A DNA stretch of 64,000 nucleotides. Origin: Promethearchaeota archaeon (lineage in GTDB: Archaea; Asgardarchaeota; Lokiarchaeia; Sigyniarchaeales; SOKP01). This document shows, piece by piece, positions 19,440 through 29,556 of the stretch. Position numbers and translations under genes: made by a program. Within the stretch, counting starts at the first letter, position 1; each line of letters begins with the position of its first letter. The stretch spans positions 10,315 to 74,314 of the forward strand of contig JAHPZA010000008.1 in NCBI GenBank assembly GCA_019058445.1. Reading direction: 5' to 3'. The notes beneath the pieces were generated by a model. It did no database searches and was not told where the DNA came from. It was given only the letters and a program-made list of their open reading frames with translations.

Positions 19440-21062
19440 ATGCCTATATTAATAAAGAATGGTTTAATAGTTGATGGAACAGGGTCTCCCGGTTATAAAG
19501 CGGATATTCTGATTACCGATGATAAGATTAGTAAGATAGGAGAAAATCTGGATGCAAATGGATGTAAAATAATTGAAGCATCAAATAGAGTGGTAGTACC
19601 GGGATTTATTGATCCACATAATCATAGTGATCTCAGTCTCTTTCAATCCTATAAAATAGAACCTTTTATAATGCAAGGAGTTACAACCCTTGCTATTGGG
19701 ATGTGTGGACTTGGGATTGCACCAGCTAATGAAAAAGTAGTAGAAAACTATTTTGATTTTCTTAATAAAGCATTTATTTCGACTGGGGGAATTTACAGAA
19801 GTCTTCAAGATTATTTTGATGACATAGAAAGTAAAGGCGGAGTTTCGGCGAATTTGGCATTTTTTATACCACAAGGGAACGTACGAGCATGTGTATTGGG
19901 AGCTGAAGAACGTCCTGCTACAGAAGAGGAAATTAATGCCATGAAAGAGATCGTAAGAGAAAATATGGAAGCTGGAGCCTTCGGGTTATCAACAGGCTTA
20001 GTATATCCTCCAGGTTCAGTCACTCCAACAGAAGAATTAATAGAATTATCGAAAGTAGTTAGTGAATATGATGGGATTTATGATTCCCATATGAGAAATG
20101 AAGGAACATTTGTAATAGATGTTGGAATGAGTGAATTGGTGAGAATAGCGCGAGAAGCAAATGTAAAGGCTCATATTTCTCACTGGAGTGTAATTGCAAG
20201 AAAAGACCTCAAAAAACAGACAGCTAACGTTATTGAATATATGAAAAAAGCGCAAAACGAGGGACTTAAAATTTCTGCTGATGTTACGGTTTATCCTGAT
20301 GGAGCTACAAGTCTATCGTTTATATTGCTCCCTACTTGGGTTTTTGAGAATTTTAAGGAAAACCTTACAAATGAGGATACGAGAAAGAGAATCGCAGATG
20401 AAGTTTTTCAAAAAGTACATTCATTCTTTTTACCAGGAGAACCTGATGAAAGTAAGAGAAGTGCACTTTACGAAGGGTTAAGTAAATCTACTGAAATCAT
20501 TAGTGCAACCCATTCTACTCAAATTGAAGGGCTTTCAATTTATGATACCTTGAATAAACTTTATCCTAATAAAAATATTGAAGATGCGCTATTAGATTTC
20601 ATCAGAGATGAAGATGGAGGGATTATGATCCGAGTTCAAACTAAAGACGAGAAAAAGAGTGTAATTCCTATTTTTAAACAGGAATATGTATGCCCAAGCT
20701 CAGATGGATTCTTGGAAATGGAAAAAAATACTCATCCCCGTTCATATGGTGCCTTTGCACGGATTTTACAGAGATGGGTTAGGGAAATGAATATTGTATC
20801 TTTAGAAGAGGCAATAAGAAAGATGACATCCTTACCTGCTTCAATACTTTCATTGACGGATAGAGGACTTATTAAAGAAGGTTATAAAGCAGACATCGTT
20901 ATCTTTAATATTAACACTATTGAGGAAAAAGGTACAATTGCAAATGGGCGTCAACATCCAGTAGGAATTGATTACGTTATCGTAAATGGAGCTATCACTG
21001 CTGAAAAAGGCAAGCATACGGGAGCATTAAATGGTCGAATATTAAAGCATAAAAAAAAGTAA
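19440..21062 (+). CDS. N-acyl-D-amino-acid deacylase (D-aminoacylase) family amidohydrolase
   Basis: PGFIDPHNHSD, GMCG, GLSTGLVYPPG, SHMR, HISH, SDG, HPRSYG. Confidence 0.92.
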   Translation: MPILIKNGLIVDGTGSPGYKADILITDDKISKIGENLDANGCKIIEASNRVVVPGFIDPHNHSDLSLFQSYKIEPFIMQGVTTLAIGMCGLGIAPANEKVVENYFDFLNKAFISTGGIYRSLQDYFDDIESKGGVSANLAFFIPQGNVRACVLGAEERPATEEEINAMKEIVRENMEAGAFGLSTGLVYPPGSVTPTEELIELSKVVSEYDGIYDSHMRNEGTFVIDVGMSELVRIAREANVKAHISHWSVIARKDLKKQTANVIEYMKKAQNEGLKISADVTVYPDGATSLSFILLPTWVFENFKENLTNEDTRKRIADEVFQKVHSFFLPGEPDESKRSALYEGLSKSTEIISATHSTQIEGLSIYDTLNKLYPNKNIEDALLDFIRDEDGGIMIRVQTKDEKKSVIPIFKQEYVCPSSDGFLEMEKNTHPRSYGAFARILQRWVREMNIVSLEEAIRKMTSLPASILSLTDRGLIKEGYKADIVIFNINTIEEKGTIANGRQHPVGIDYVIVNGAITAEKGKHTGALNGRILKHKKK

Positions 21063-21162
21063 ACCCTTCCATTTTTTTCAATAGAAGTTATGAAACTTAA
21101 AAGTAAAAATTTAAAATATTCAAAGTTTCATTAATAATTAAATTTCAGATGAGAGTAGAACA

Positions 21163-22023
21163 ATGGTCATAGATAAGAAATGGTTTTTAGATAAAATAAA
21201 AGGCTTTTTATCTGAAGATGAAAGTAATAAGATAAAAGTTGATGGATCATTTATATTTGATCCCGATGTTTTGGTCGGATTTTGCGACGGTCACGATTCA
21301 ATTTTCGAAGAATATAAGGAAATAATTGGAGATTTTCATCTAACTCCCGTTGAGGCATATACGAAATATTGTGAAAAATATAAGAGTCCATGTTCCACTG
21401 AGAACCTTTCAGTCGTAGCATATATTCTTCCCATCAGCCAGAATACCAAAAAAGAAAACCTTGAATATTCCAAAGAGATGCCAAGTGAAAGATGGGCACA
21501 TACTAGATTATTTGGAGAGCAAGCAAATCAAAAACTACAAAAATATTTAGTTGCTGAGTTAAAAAAGCAAGAAATAGATGCAGTTGCTCCAATGACACAA
21601 GGTTATATGTTTAGGATTCATCGCAAGCATAAAAAAGGTGTCTGGGCATCCACGTGGAGTCATAGGCATATGGCTTTTGCTGCTGGGCTTGGTTCATTTG
21701 GGTTAAGTGATGGATTTATAAATGAAAAAGGGATTGCTATGCGATGTGGTAGTCTTATCGTCAATTATGCTCTTCCCTCTGATGCTGACAAACGACCCAC
21801 TGATCCATATTATTATTGCACAAACTGCGGATCTTGTATTAAGAGGTGTCCTAAAGGAGCAATCACCTATGAGGGCCGTCATGATAAGCAGAGTTGCTCG
21901 GAACATGTCATGTCAACGATTCCTTACATTAAAAATAATTATCAGATTAATATTTATTCATGTGGATTGTGTCAAGTGGGTGTGCCCTGCTCAGATGGAA
22001 TCCCTTCAGCAGAAGATAAGTAA
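21163..22023 (+). CDS. QueG/reductive dehalogenase-like 4Fe-4S (cobamide-binding) protein
   Basis: WSHRHMAFAAGLGSFG, CTNCGSCIKRCP, C...CGLCQVGVPC. Confidence 0.75.
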   Translation: MVIDKKWFLDKIKGFLSEDESNKIKVDGSFIFDPDVLVGFCDGHDSIFEEYKEIIGDFHLTPVEAYTKYCEKYKSPCSTENLSVVAYILPISQNTKKENLEYSKEMPSERWAHTRLFGEQANQKLQKYLVAELKKQEIDAVAPMTQGYMFRIHRKHKKGVWASTWSHRHMAFAAGLGSFGLSDGFINEKGIAMRCGSLIVNYALPSDADKRPTDPYYYCTNCGSCIKRCPKGAITYEGRHDKQSCSEHVMSTIPYIKNNYQINIYSCGLCQVGVPCSDGIPSAEDK

Positions 22024-22073
22024 TTTTAAACGAAAATTAAATTTTAATAAAATACAATTAGATGTGAAAAATT

Positions 22074-23306
22074 ATGGGTAAAAATATTAAAATTCCATGG
22101 GCTGCTTGGAGAGAGCCTGAAAATTTGGAGTTGAACTTTCCTGATTCTTGGGATATTACTGTTTGTAATATGAATGGAACTCCAGAAGTAAGTGATGAGG
22201 ATATAAAAAATTCAATATTAAATCCAATAGGAACTCCAACTATATCAGTATTGGCAAAGGGAAAGGAAAAAGTAGTCATAGTCACGGATGATATGACAAG
22301 AACCACTCCTGTCTATAAGATTATGCCATATATTCTCAATGAATTGGAAGGAGTGGGTATAAACAAAGATCAGATTACAATTCTTCTAGGAATTGGTGCA
22401 CATAGACCAATGGATCGTCATGATTGTATCTTGAAGTTGGGAAAGGAAATTGTCGACACGATGAGAATTGAAAATCATCATCCTTACGAGAATTTAATCG
22501 ACCTTGGAGTTTCTGGGATAGGGACACCAATAGATGTCAATAAAACATATTATAATGCTGATTTGAAAATCGCAGTGGGAGGTGTAATCCCCCACCCTCT
22601 CGCAGGTTTTGGGGGTGGTGCTAAAATTGTGTTACCAGGGGTTTGTGGTATTAGAACTCTTGAGGGAAATCACAAAGCAGGTATGGAAGGGAAAGGTGCT
22701 GGGATTGGAAGAATGACAGGAATCAGAGAAGATATCGAAGAAATTGCAGGAAAAGTAGGATTAGATTTTTCTGTGAATGTAGTTTTCACTGAAGAGGGAC
22801 AAATTGGAGGAATCTTCTCAGGACATTTCAAAGATGCTCATAAAAAGGCAATGGACTTAGCAAAACAGGTATATAGCACAAAGGTTACATTAGATAATCA
22901 AATCTGTTTTTTTAATTCATGGCCCGAAGATTCAGAGCTCAACCAAGCTCAATATAAAGCCTTAAATTTTTTAATGACTGCGCCGAATAAATTGATTAAT
23001 CGGGATGGAGCTATGGTGTTAATGTCATCTTCCTATGAGGGACGAGGATATCATAGTTTAGTGTCTGAAACTGGTTCAAAACTCTATCATAACGCCGGAG
23101 ATGGGATAGCATGGAAAGCCTTTGTAAAGAAGAGAAAAGTATACTTTTATTCTCCCAATGTAAATAAATATGACATTTATCATTTTTATCCAAAGAGCGT
23201 AAAATTGTTCAATGAGTGGGATCCACTTATCGAAGAATTAGAGAGTATATATGGTAATTCTCCTAAAACAGCAATATTGCCAACTTCTATGCAATTGGCA
23301 GAATAA
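22074..23306 (+). CDS. larA: LarA-family nickel-pincer racemase/epimerase
   Basis: DDMTR, GAHR, PHPLAGFGGGAK (cofactor-tethering Lys), NH Ni ligand; substrate unknown. Confidence 0.85.
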   Translation: MGKNIKIPWAAWREPENLELNFPDSWDITVCNMNGTPEVSDEDIKNSILNPIGTPTISVLAKGKEKVVIVTDDMTRTTPVYKIMPYILNELEGVGINKDQITILLGIGAHRPMDRHDCILKLGKEIVDTMRIENHHPYENLIDLGVSGIGTPIDVNKTYYNADLKIAVGGVIPHPLAGFGGGAKIVLPGVCGIRTLEGNHKAGMEGKGAGIGRMTGIREDIEEIAGKVGLDFSVNVVFTEEGQIGGIFSGHFKDAHKKAMDLAKQVYSTKVTLDNQICFFNSWPEDSELNQAQYKALNFLMTAPNKLINRDGAMVLMSSSYEGRGYHSLVSETGSKLYHNAGDGIAWKAFVKKRKVYFYSPNVNKYDIYHFYPKSVKLFNEWDPLIEELESIYGNSPKTAILPTSMQLAE

Positions 23307-23369
23307 TATTTTTATTTCTTCTTTTATTTCCTTTTTTATTTGGGAGATTAGCACAAAATTACCAGCTAA

Positions 23370-24731
23370 TTACATTTCTTCTCGTAATTTGAGAATTTTC
23401 TTTCGTAGTTTTTTAACTCCAGAATCATCCCCACTATAAATTAAAAATCCTTCATGTAATTTCAAAGCTTTTTGATAATAATATATCGCATTGATAGAAT
23501 CTTTATTTTTTTCTGCATTTTCTGCAGCTTCTAAAGCAAAGTCTAATTCCACTTGTTTAGCTTTTTTCTCGGTTTCAAAAAGCAGGCTCGAGATCTTGTT
23601 GATTTCATCCTTTAATTTGAATTTTTTTGCTACAATAAGCGCTTTATTATACTCCTTTTGAGTGATATCAAATGTTGAGGACTTTTCAGCTGTTTTACCC
23701 CTTTTAATAAGATTTTTAATTAACTTTTTTGCTCCTACTTCATTTAAGTCCTCCATCTGCTTTTCTAGCTTAGTTATATCATCATCGCTTATAATGATTG
23801 AAGAAATAGGCTTAATCTTCATCGCTCGTTTTTGATTAGCTTCCTGGCGAACTTCTAGGTTAGAGATCACGGTTTCCAATTGCATTGGAACGATTATATC
23901 CTTATTTAAAAGCTTGTAAATTCCCTGGAGGATTACTTTAGCTTGAATATTTGCAATTTTTTTGACTTTGTCAATCAGAGTATTTATATAGAAAAATGAT
24001 TTTGAACTTAGAGTATCTCTTGCAAGATTAATAATTGCATTTTGAACAGGATCGTTATTAATCTCTTCCAAATACTCAGGTGGGATCGCATACGCTAAGG
24101 TCATAGGAAATACAAGATTAATGTTGAATGATCTAATGATAAACTCTGCCATAGATTTGGAACTAAAAGCTCCAGAGTTCTTATAAATCGCAAGTTGTTC
24201 TTTAAATTGAATTTCAAATTCTTGCAAAAAATGTGAGACAAGATTTTTCATATGTCCTGAGGATTTATGGTCAAGGATTAATACTATTCTGATATAATCT
24301 CCGTTCTTTAGCAACATATTGAATTTTTTATATTGTAGTTCATAAAATGGGTGTTCTAAAGCTGAAACTGAATCTTCACTTAACCCTTTGCTTGATTCAG
24401 AAAAAGTTATGTTTGCCTGAATGAATCCACTTAATAATTCAACTTCTATATCAACAGCAGAAACAGGATAATTTAGAAGAGCTATACCGGACTCTATATC
24501 CATTAGAATTATATGCTTAATATTTAAAACATCTAAGAAAATCTGCCATATTTTATCTCGTTCTACTTGAAGTCGTTTTTCATCCACACTTGTAATCTGC
24601 ATCTCTGGACTGATTTCAAATCCCATTTTTTCTAGTTTATTTATTATGCATTCTTTACAGAGTTTCGGGGCTTTAGAACAATTTGATAAACCACAATCGA
24701 ATTTTAAACCATTTATGATAAACGTTGCCAT
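23370..24731 (-). CDS. Asgard-type multidomain protein: N-terminal Cys cluster, longin-like domain, winged helix, TPR-like helices
   Basis: CGLSNC...CKEC; 'IKHIILMDIESGIALL...ELLSGFIQA...IRIVLIL' longin-like pattern; 'AIYYYQKAL' TPR-like. Confidence 0.6.
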   Translation of the reverse strand: MATFIINGLKFDCGLSNCSKAPKLCKECIINKLEKMGFEISPEMQITSVDEKRLQVERDKIWQIFLDVLNIKHIILMDIESGIALLNYPVSAVDIEVELLSGFIQANITFSESSKGLSEDSVSALEHPFYELQYKKFNMLLKNGDYIRIVLILDHKSSGHMKNLVSHFLQEFEIQFKEQLAIYKNSGAFSSKSMAEFIIRSFNINLVFPMTLAYAIPPEYLEEINNDPVQNAIINLARDTLSSKSFFYINTLIDKVKKIANIQAKVILQGIYKLLNKDIIVPMQLETVISNLEVRQEANQKRAMKIKPISSIIISDDDITKLEKQMEDLNEVGAKKLIKNLIKRGKTAEKSSTFDITQKEYNKALIVAKKFKLKDEINKISSLLFETEKKAKQVELDFALEAAENAEKNKDSINAIYYYQKALKLHEGFLIYSGDDSGVKKLRKKILKLREEM

Positions 24732-25080
24732 TTCATTTATTCACTTGAATTTTAAAATAAAAAATAAAAAATATTCTCAAAAATACCCAAATTAACGCAA
24801 TAATTTAGAGCATCATTTAAATTGTAATAAATTATGAAAATTTAAGTTTTGAGTTCTAAAAAATTAGAACATTGATAGACTTTAGAGTTCCATCGTAACC
24901 GATAGTTGAAATGGAAAAAATTAATTTCCGCTAGTAGCTGGTTAAAATTATTCATAATTCAAATTAGTAATGAAACTAAAATGAGGAAAAAAGAAGAAGT
25001 TATGAATAAGCGAACTAAATAGGTGATTAAAGTGATTAAAAATATATTAAATGATAAAAAAGAAAAAAATTTATACTCAT

Positions 25081-26359
25081 TTATTTTATATCGCTTAAAT
25101 CTACACCTTTTGTTTCTGCACCATAAAGAAAATTTAAAGGTATTAGCAAAAATAATAAGAGTGCGTAGATTATAAAAGTAGTTCCTAACCCATAAAATAA
25201 GATTAAAGCACTGGCGATTAAGAGTCCAAACGTGATACCAAGAGCATTTAATAAACTTCTAAATCCTAAAGCTGTGCCTCTTTTCTCCGTGGGTACCAAC
25301 TCCAATGTAGTCACTCGAAAAATCCCTAATAATCCCCAATAACATACATGAGTTAATGCATATCCTATTTGAACAAGGATATATGCATAGGGAGTGAGAG
25401 CTCCCCATACCCACATCATAACTGAAATCGGCATTAATGCGGCCCATATATATAATAAAGGTTTTCTTCCGATTCTATCTGCTAAAACACCATTTATGGT
25501 ATAAGCAACTAAAACTGCCAAGATCGTCCATAAAAAAATCAGAGTAATTTGAGATTGACTAAGACTACCCACATCCGAAATATATTTTTCGAATAGACCT
25601 AAATAGATGGTGCTAGCCCCGTAAATTGCACTCATTATTAAAATAGCGGTGTATGGTTCGATTTTCGGTCTTGAAAATAGATTTTACCTCATTTAGAAAC
25701 GATTCTTCTTTTATTGGTTTCTTAATCCCCTCTTTCTTCATCATTTCATATTTCTCTGTCTCCTTAATCGTTAAAAGTATAATTATGCAGAGAGGAATAC
25801 CTAAGAGAATCGGAAAAACCATCATCATTCGCCAATTTGATGTAGTATCTGTAATATATATACTGCGTAAAATTACCATGATAACAGCACCCACTAATCC
25901 TCCAACTAAAAGAATACTAGTAAAGAACATTCGTTTTTCTTTTTTTGATTCTTCATTTATATAGAGAAACCATATATCGGAAAGTTGAAAAAAATTCAAC
26001 AGAAAAACAAAGATTACATATTGGACGTAATTCTGCGAAATAATGATCAATAAGCTAGCAATTGCCATACCAGCCACGGTAATCGCTAACATAATTTTTC
26101 TCCCGATTCTATCCGCCGCATATTGATTAAAAAAGATTAAATAAGCACCTACAGACGCAATACTCCCCCCCAAAGCCATAATGGCATTTTGCTCATTTAC
26201 AGAATAATCACTTAAAAATTCTTCAGCAATTTTAGAAGGAAAAGCCCCCACAACTACAGTTGCATAACTATCAAGAATTTCAACTAGAATTAATATTATT
26301 ATCAAATAAATAAAATACGCTTTGGTTCTAGATTTTAAATTAGAATTTGTTGGATCCAT
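25081..26359 (-). pseudogene. Frameshifted MFS transporter (ORFs 25613..26359 and 25081..25635 are two halves)
   Basis: Each half has an ADRIGRK motif; minus strand reads ...GAA AAT CGA A CCA TAC ACC GCT ATT TTA ATA ATG..., frameshift near 25657. Confidence 0.8.
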
Positions 26360-26548
26360 ATTAAATCATTTCACTTTTATCTTTAAAAATCTTCGCTATA
26401 ATCGAAAATATGTAATGTTGGTCCTATTTTGTTTTGTCATAAAGGGTTTAGATATAATGAGAAAACTAAACAATATTTCTTAAATAAATTAAAATTAACT
26501 CAATTATAAACATAATATGTTATTATTATAATCTAGGTAGAATCAAAA

Positions 26549-28222
26549 ATGAGCGATAAAGAAATTGATTTGAAAAAAAGGAGTAAGGAGATATTTGAAG
26601 TTATAAAAAATACGACATTCTATTATGCTCCAAGAGGGATTATAATGGGTGTAGGCCTTGAGGAAAAAGAGATTCATAGTAAACCTTTTATTGGAATTGT
26701 AAATACTTGGAACGAGATTAATCCTGGTCATATGCATTTAAGGCAATTGGCTGAAGCAGTTAAGCTAGGCATTGCTGAAGGGGGCGGAATTCCTCTTGAG
26801 TTTAATACTGTAGCACCTTGTGATGGGTGGGCAAATGCAAATATAGGAATGCGTTTTATCCTCCCTCAAAGAGATATAATTGCTGATTCAATTGAAGCTA
26901 TGGTTGAAGCTCATCGACTTGATGCTATAGTCACACTCTCTTCCTGTGATAAAATTAATCCCGGAGTTTTAATGGCCGCAATTCGACTGGATATTCCCAC
27001 AGTATGCGTACCAGGAGGACCTAATCTGTTTGAAGTAGCTTTTACTCCTGGCTATAAAGGAGTAGATGTGAAGAATTATGATGACTTTCAAAGCAAAACA
27101 ATGTGTATATCTTGTGCGACTGCTGGAGCTTGTGAATTTATGGGGACCGCCAATACTACCCAATGTCTCATGGAAGCGTTTGGGATGACATTGCCCAATG
27201 CAGCAACGACACCTGCATTTACTAGAATGAAATATGTAATTGCTAAAAATTCAGGAAGAAGAGTAATGGAATTATTAAAGAAGGGAATAACAGCCTCGCA
27301 GATAATGACCGAAAAATCTTTAGAAAATGTTATGACGATCGATGCGGCGATTGGTGGTTCGACGAATGCCGCTCTTCATATACCAGCAATAGCCTATGAA
27401 ATGGAAATAGATTTTGACATCGAACTTTTTAATGAATATAGCAAGAAAGTGCCTATGATTGTAAATACTTCCCCTTCAGGAGAATATGGAGTTGTTGATT
27501 TATATAATGCCGGGGGCATTCCAGCAGTAATGAATAGAATAAAGGATCATTTAAATTTAGATTGTATGACTGTATCAGAAAAGCCTATAGGGAAGCTCAT
27601 AAGAAGAGTAAAAATCATGGATGATAGGGTGATTAGACCTTTAGATAATCCCGTCTTTCCTGAAGGAGGGACTGTTATCTTAATAGGTAATTTAGCTCCT
27701 GAATGTGCTGTTGTAAAACAATCTGCAGTAGGAAGAAAGGATTTACTAAAATTCGAGGGTCCTGCAAAAGTATTTAATTCTGAAAAAGACGCCCTTATTG
27801 CATTATCAAAACATGAAATCAAAAATGGAGATGTAGTTGTAGCTCGATATGAGGGACCCAAAGGAGGTCCTGGGATGCCTGAACTAGTTGCTCTCACCTC
27901 TAATCTTATGATTAGACAGGACATGACCGATTATGTATTAATCACCGATGGTAGGTTTTCAGGAGCATCTCAAGGGCCTTGTATAGGCCATGTCAGTCCT
28001 GAAGCATATGTAGGTGGTCCAATTGCTATAGTTCAAGAGGGTGATATTATAAAAATAGATATTCCAAATAAAAGTCTAAATATAGATCTTTCCGAGGAAG
28101 AAATAAAGAGAAGATTTGAGAATTGGAAACCATATGAAAGAGACATTAAGAGTAAAACCTTGCTAAAATATAGAGCATTAGTGACTTCAGCGGCAAAAGG
28201 TGCCATTTTAAAATTTGATTAA
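26549..28222 (+). CDS. ilvD: Dihydroxy-acid dehydratase (IlvD/Edd family)
   Basis: PCDG, CDK, GACEFMGTANT, GGSTN, YEGPKGGPGMPE, TDGRFSG, GHVSPEA. Confidence 0.93.
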   Translation: MSDKEIDLKKRSKEIFEVIKNTTFYYAPRGIIMGVGLEEKEIHSKPFIGIVNTWNEINPGHMHLRQLAEAVKLGIAEGGGIPLEFNTVAPCDGWANANIGMRFILPQRDIIADSIEAMVEAHRLDAIVTLSSCDKINPGVLMAAIRLDIPTVCVPGGPNLFEVAFTPGYKGVDVKNYDDFQSKTMCISCATAGACEFMGTANTTQCLMEAFGMTLPNAATTPAFTRMKYVIAKNSGRRVMELLKKGITASQIMTEKSLENVMTIDAAIGGSTNAALHIPAIAYEMEIDFDIELFNEYSKKVPMIVNTSPSGEYGVVDLYNAGGIPAVMNRIKDHLNLDCMTVSEKPIGKLIRRVKIMDDRVIRPLDNPVFPEGGTVILIGNLAPECAVVKQSAVGRKDLLKFEGPAKVFNSEKDALIALSKHEIKNGDVVVARYEGPKGGPGMPELVALTSNLMIRQDMTDYVLITDGRFSGASQGPCIGHVSPEAYVGGPIAIVQEGDIIKIDIPNKSLNIDLSEEEIKRRFENWKPYERDIKSKTLLKYRALVTSAAKGAILKFD

Positions 28223-28406
28223 TAAAAGAAACAAAAATAATTTCCTATCTATATATGAAGCAATATTTAATATATTGAATTTTTTTAAATTTTGATAAAA
28301 AATAAAAATCTTTTTTTATAAAATTGATTAGCTAAGACTTAAATAAAGCTAATTTCATGTTAAGTTTAGCAATCATGGATTTTAAAGTACGAGAATATCA
28401 AGGTCT

Positions 28407-29540
28407 ATGCTAATTAACCTTAGGGAAATCTATCTAATAGGGGTATTTTATTCAATTGTTATCGGATATCAATTATCTGCTTATTTTTTTTTACAATATT
28501 ATAGATATAAAAAAGTAAACCTAAGTTACAATAAAACTCTTCGAATTTATGGTTTAACTACATGTATACTTCTAATGGCATATGTATTTCAGACAATACG
28601 AGAATTTTATATTACAAAACTCTATTTAAATGAGTTATTCCTAAGAATTAGTATTACCATAATGTTAATTGGAATTGCTCATTTTCTATTTTCAATATCA
28701 TCAAAACCCTTTACAGAGATTATGAATTTCATTCCTATTAGAATTACACTCATCTATGTCATTATAGTGATACTGATTCTGCCTTTTATTAATATATTTT
28801 CAGTGATGTTTCTAGTTTTTATTTACACCGGTATGTTGAGTGGTTTTTACGTAATATATTTCCAAGTGAAACTTATTAAGCTTACTACTGGGAAGGTAAA
28901 AAAAAGTCTTATCTTATTTACAGTAGGATTATTCTTTGCTCTTAGTGGGGTAATGATTTATAATCCTATAATATATGAACGATCTGAAATGCTTTTTAGT
29001 CTAATTTCAATTTTTATGATTCTTACTGGAATAACAATTGATTTCATAGGAATTTACAATTTTCCTGCATTTCTTGAATTCCATTGGCAAGATAATTTAC
29101 TTAAGCTATATATCTTTGAAAAGAAAAAATTTAGAGTTCTTTATTCGTTAGACTTTATAACTTTTGATATGAATGGCACTCTTACTAATGAAGTCAATTC
29201 TCCTATCACAAAGAGTATAGAACAACTGTTTTCAAGAGGTATTACAGGAATCGAACAAGTAACAACTCATTTTTTAAATTCAAAGGAAGAAAAGATTTTA
29301 AAAATAAAACAAGGCGATTCTTATATCCTTTTAGAATATGGAGACCCTCCTTTATCTAATATAACTTATGGATTATTAGTTAGGAAAGATATGCACAGTT
29401 TAATGTACTTTTTAGAAAAAATTAAGAATCAATTCCAAGATAAATACAAGTATCTTTTATCCAATTTAGAACTAATTGAGGGAAATGAAGAGAAATTTTT
29501 TTTGAATTTTATAAATAATATAAAAACAGCTTTAAAATGA
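28407..29540 (+). CDS. 7TM membrane protein with a C-terminal longin-like cytoplasmic domain
   Basis: About 7 TM to residue ~220, then 'EFHWQDNLLKLYIF...LFSRGITGIEQV...IKQGDSYILLEYG...YGLLV' beta-beta-alpha-beta-beta-beta-alpha pattern. Confidence 0.65.
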   Translation: MLINLREIYLIGVFYSIVIGYQLSAYFFLQYYRYKKVNLSYNKTLRIYGLTTCILLMAYVFQTIREFYITKLYLNELFLRISITIMLIGIAHFLFSISSKPFTEIMNFIPIRITLIYVIIVILILPFINIFSVMFLVFIYTGMLSGFYVIYFQVKLIKLTTGKVKKSLILFTVGLFFALSGVMIYNPIIYERSEMLFSLISIFMILTGITIDFIGIYNFPAFLEFHWQDNLLKLYIFEKKKFRVLYSLDFITFDMNGTLTNEVNSPITKSIEQLFSRGITGIEQVTTHFLNSKEEKILKIKQGDSYILLEYGDPPLSNITYGLLVRKDMHSLMYFLEKIKNQFQDKYKYLLSNLELIEGNEEKFFLNFINNIKTALK

Positions 29541-29556
29541 AAATTATCAAGCAACA

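Noticed and set aside
24888-24916. TTCCAT...ATGGAA inverted repeat in a 350-bp intergenic region
   Set aside because: A 6-bp stem is expected by chance; no recognisable RNA family.
28375-28413. Short upstream ORF MDFKVREYQGLC overlapping the first 7TM-longin start
   Set aside because: Could be a frameshifted N-terminus, but similarity to the paralog is too weak to support.
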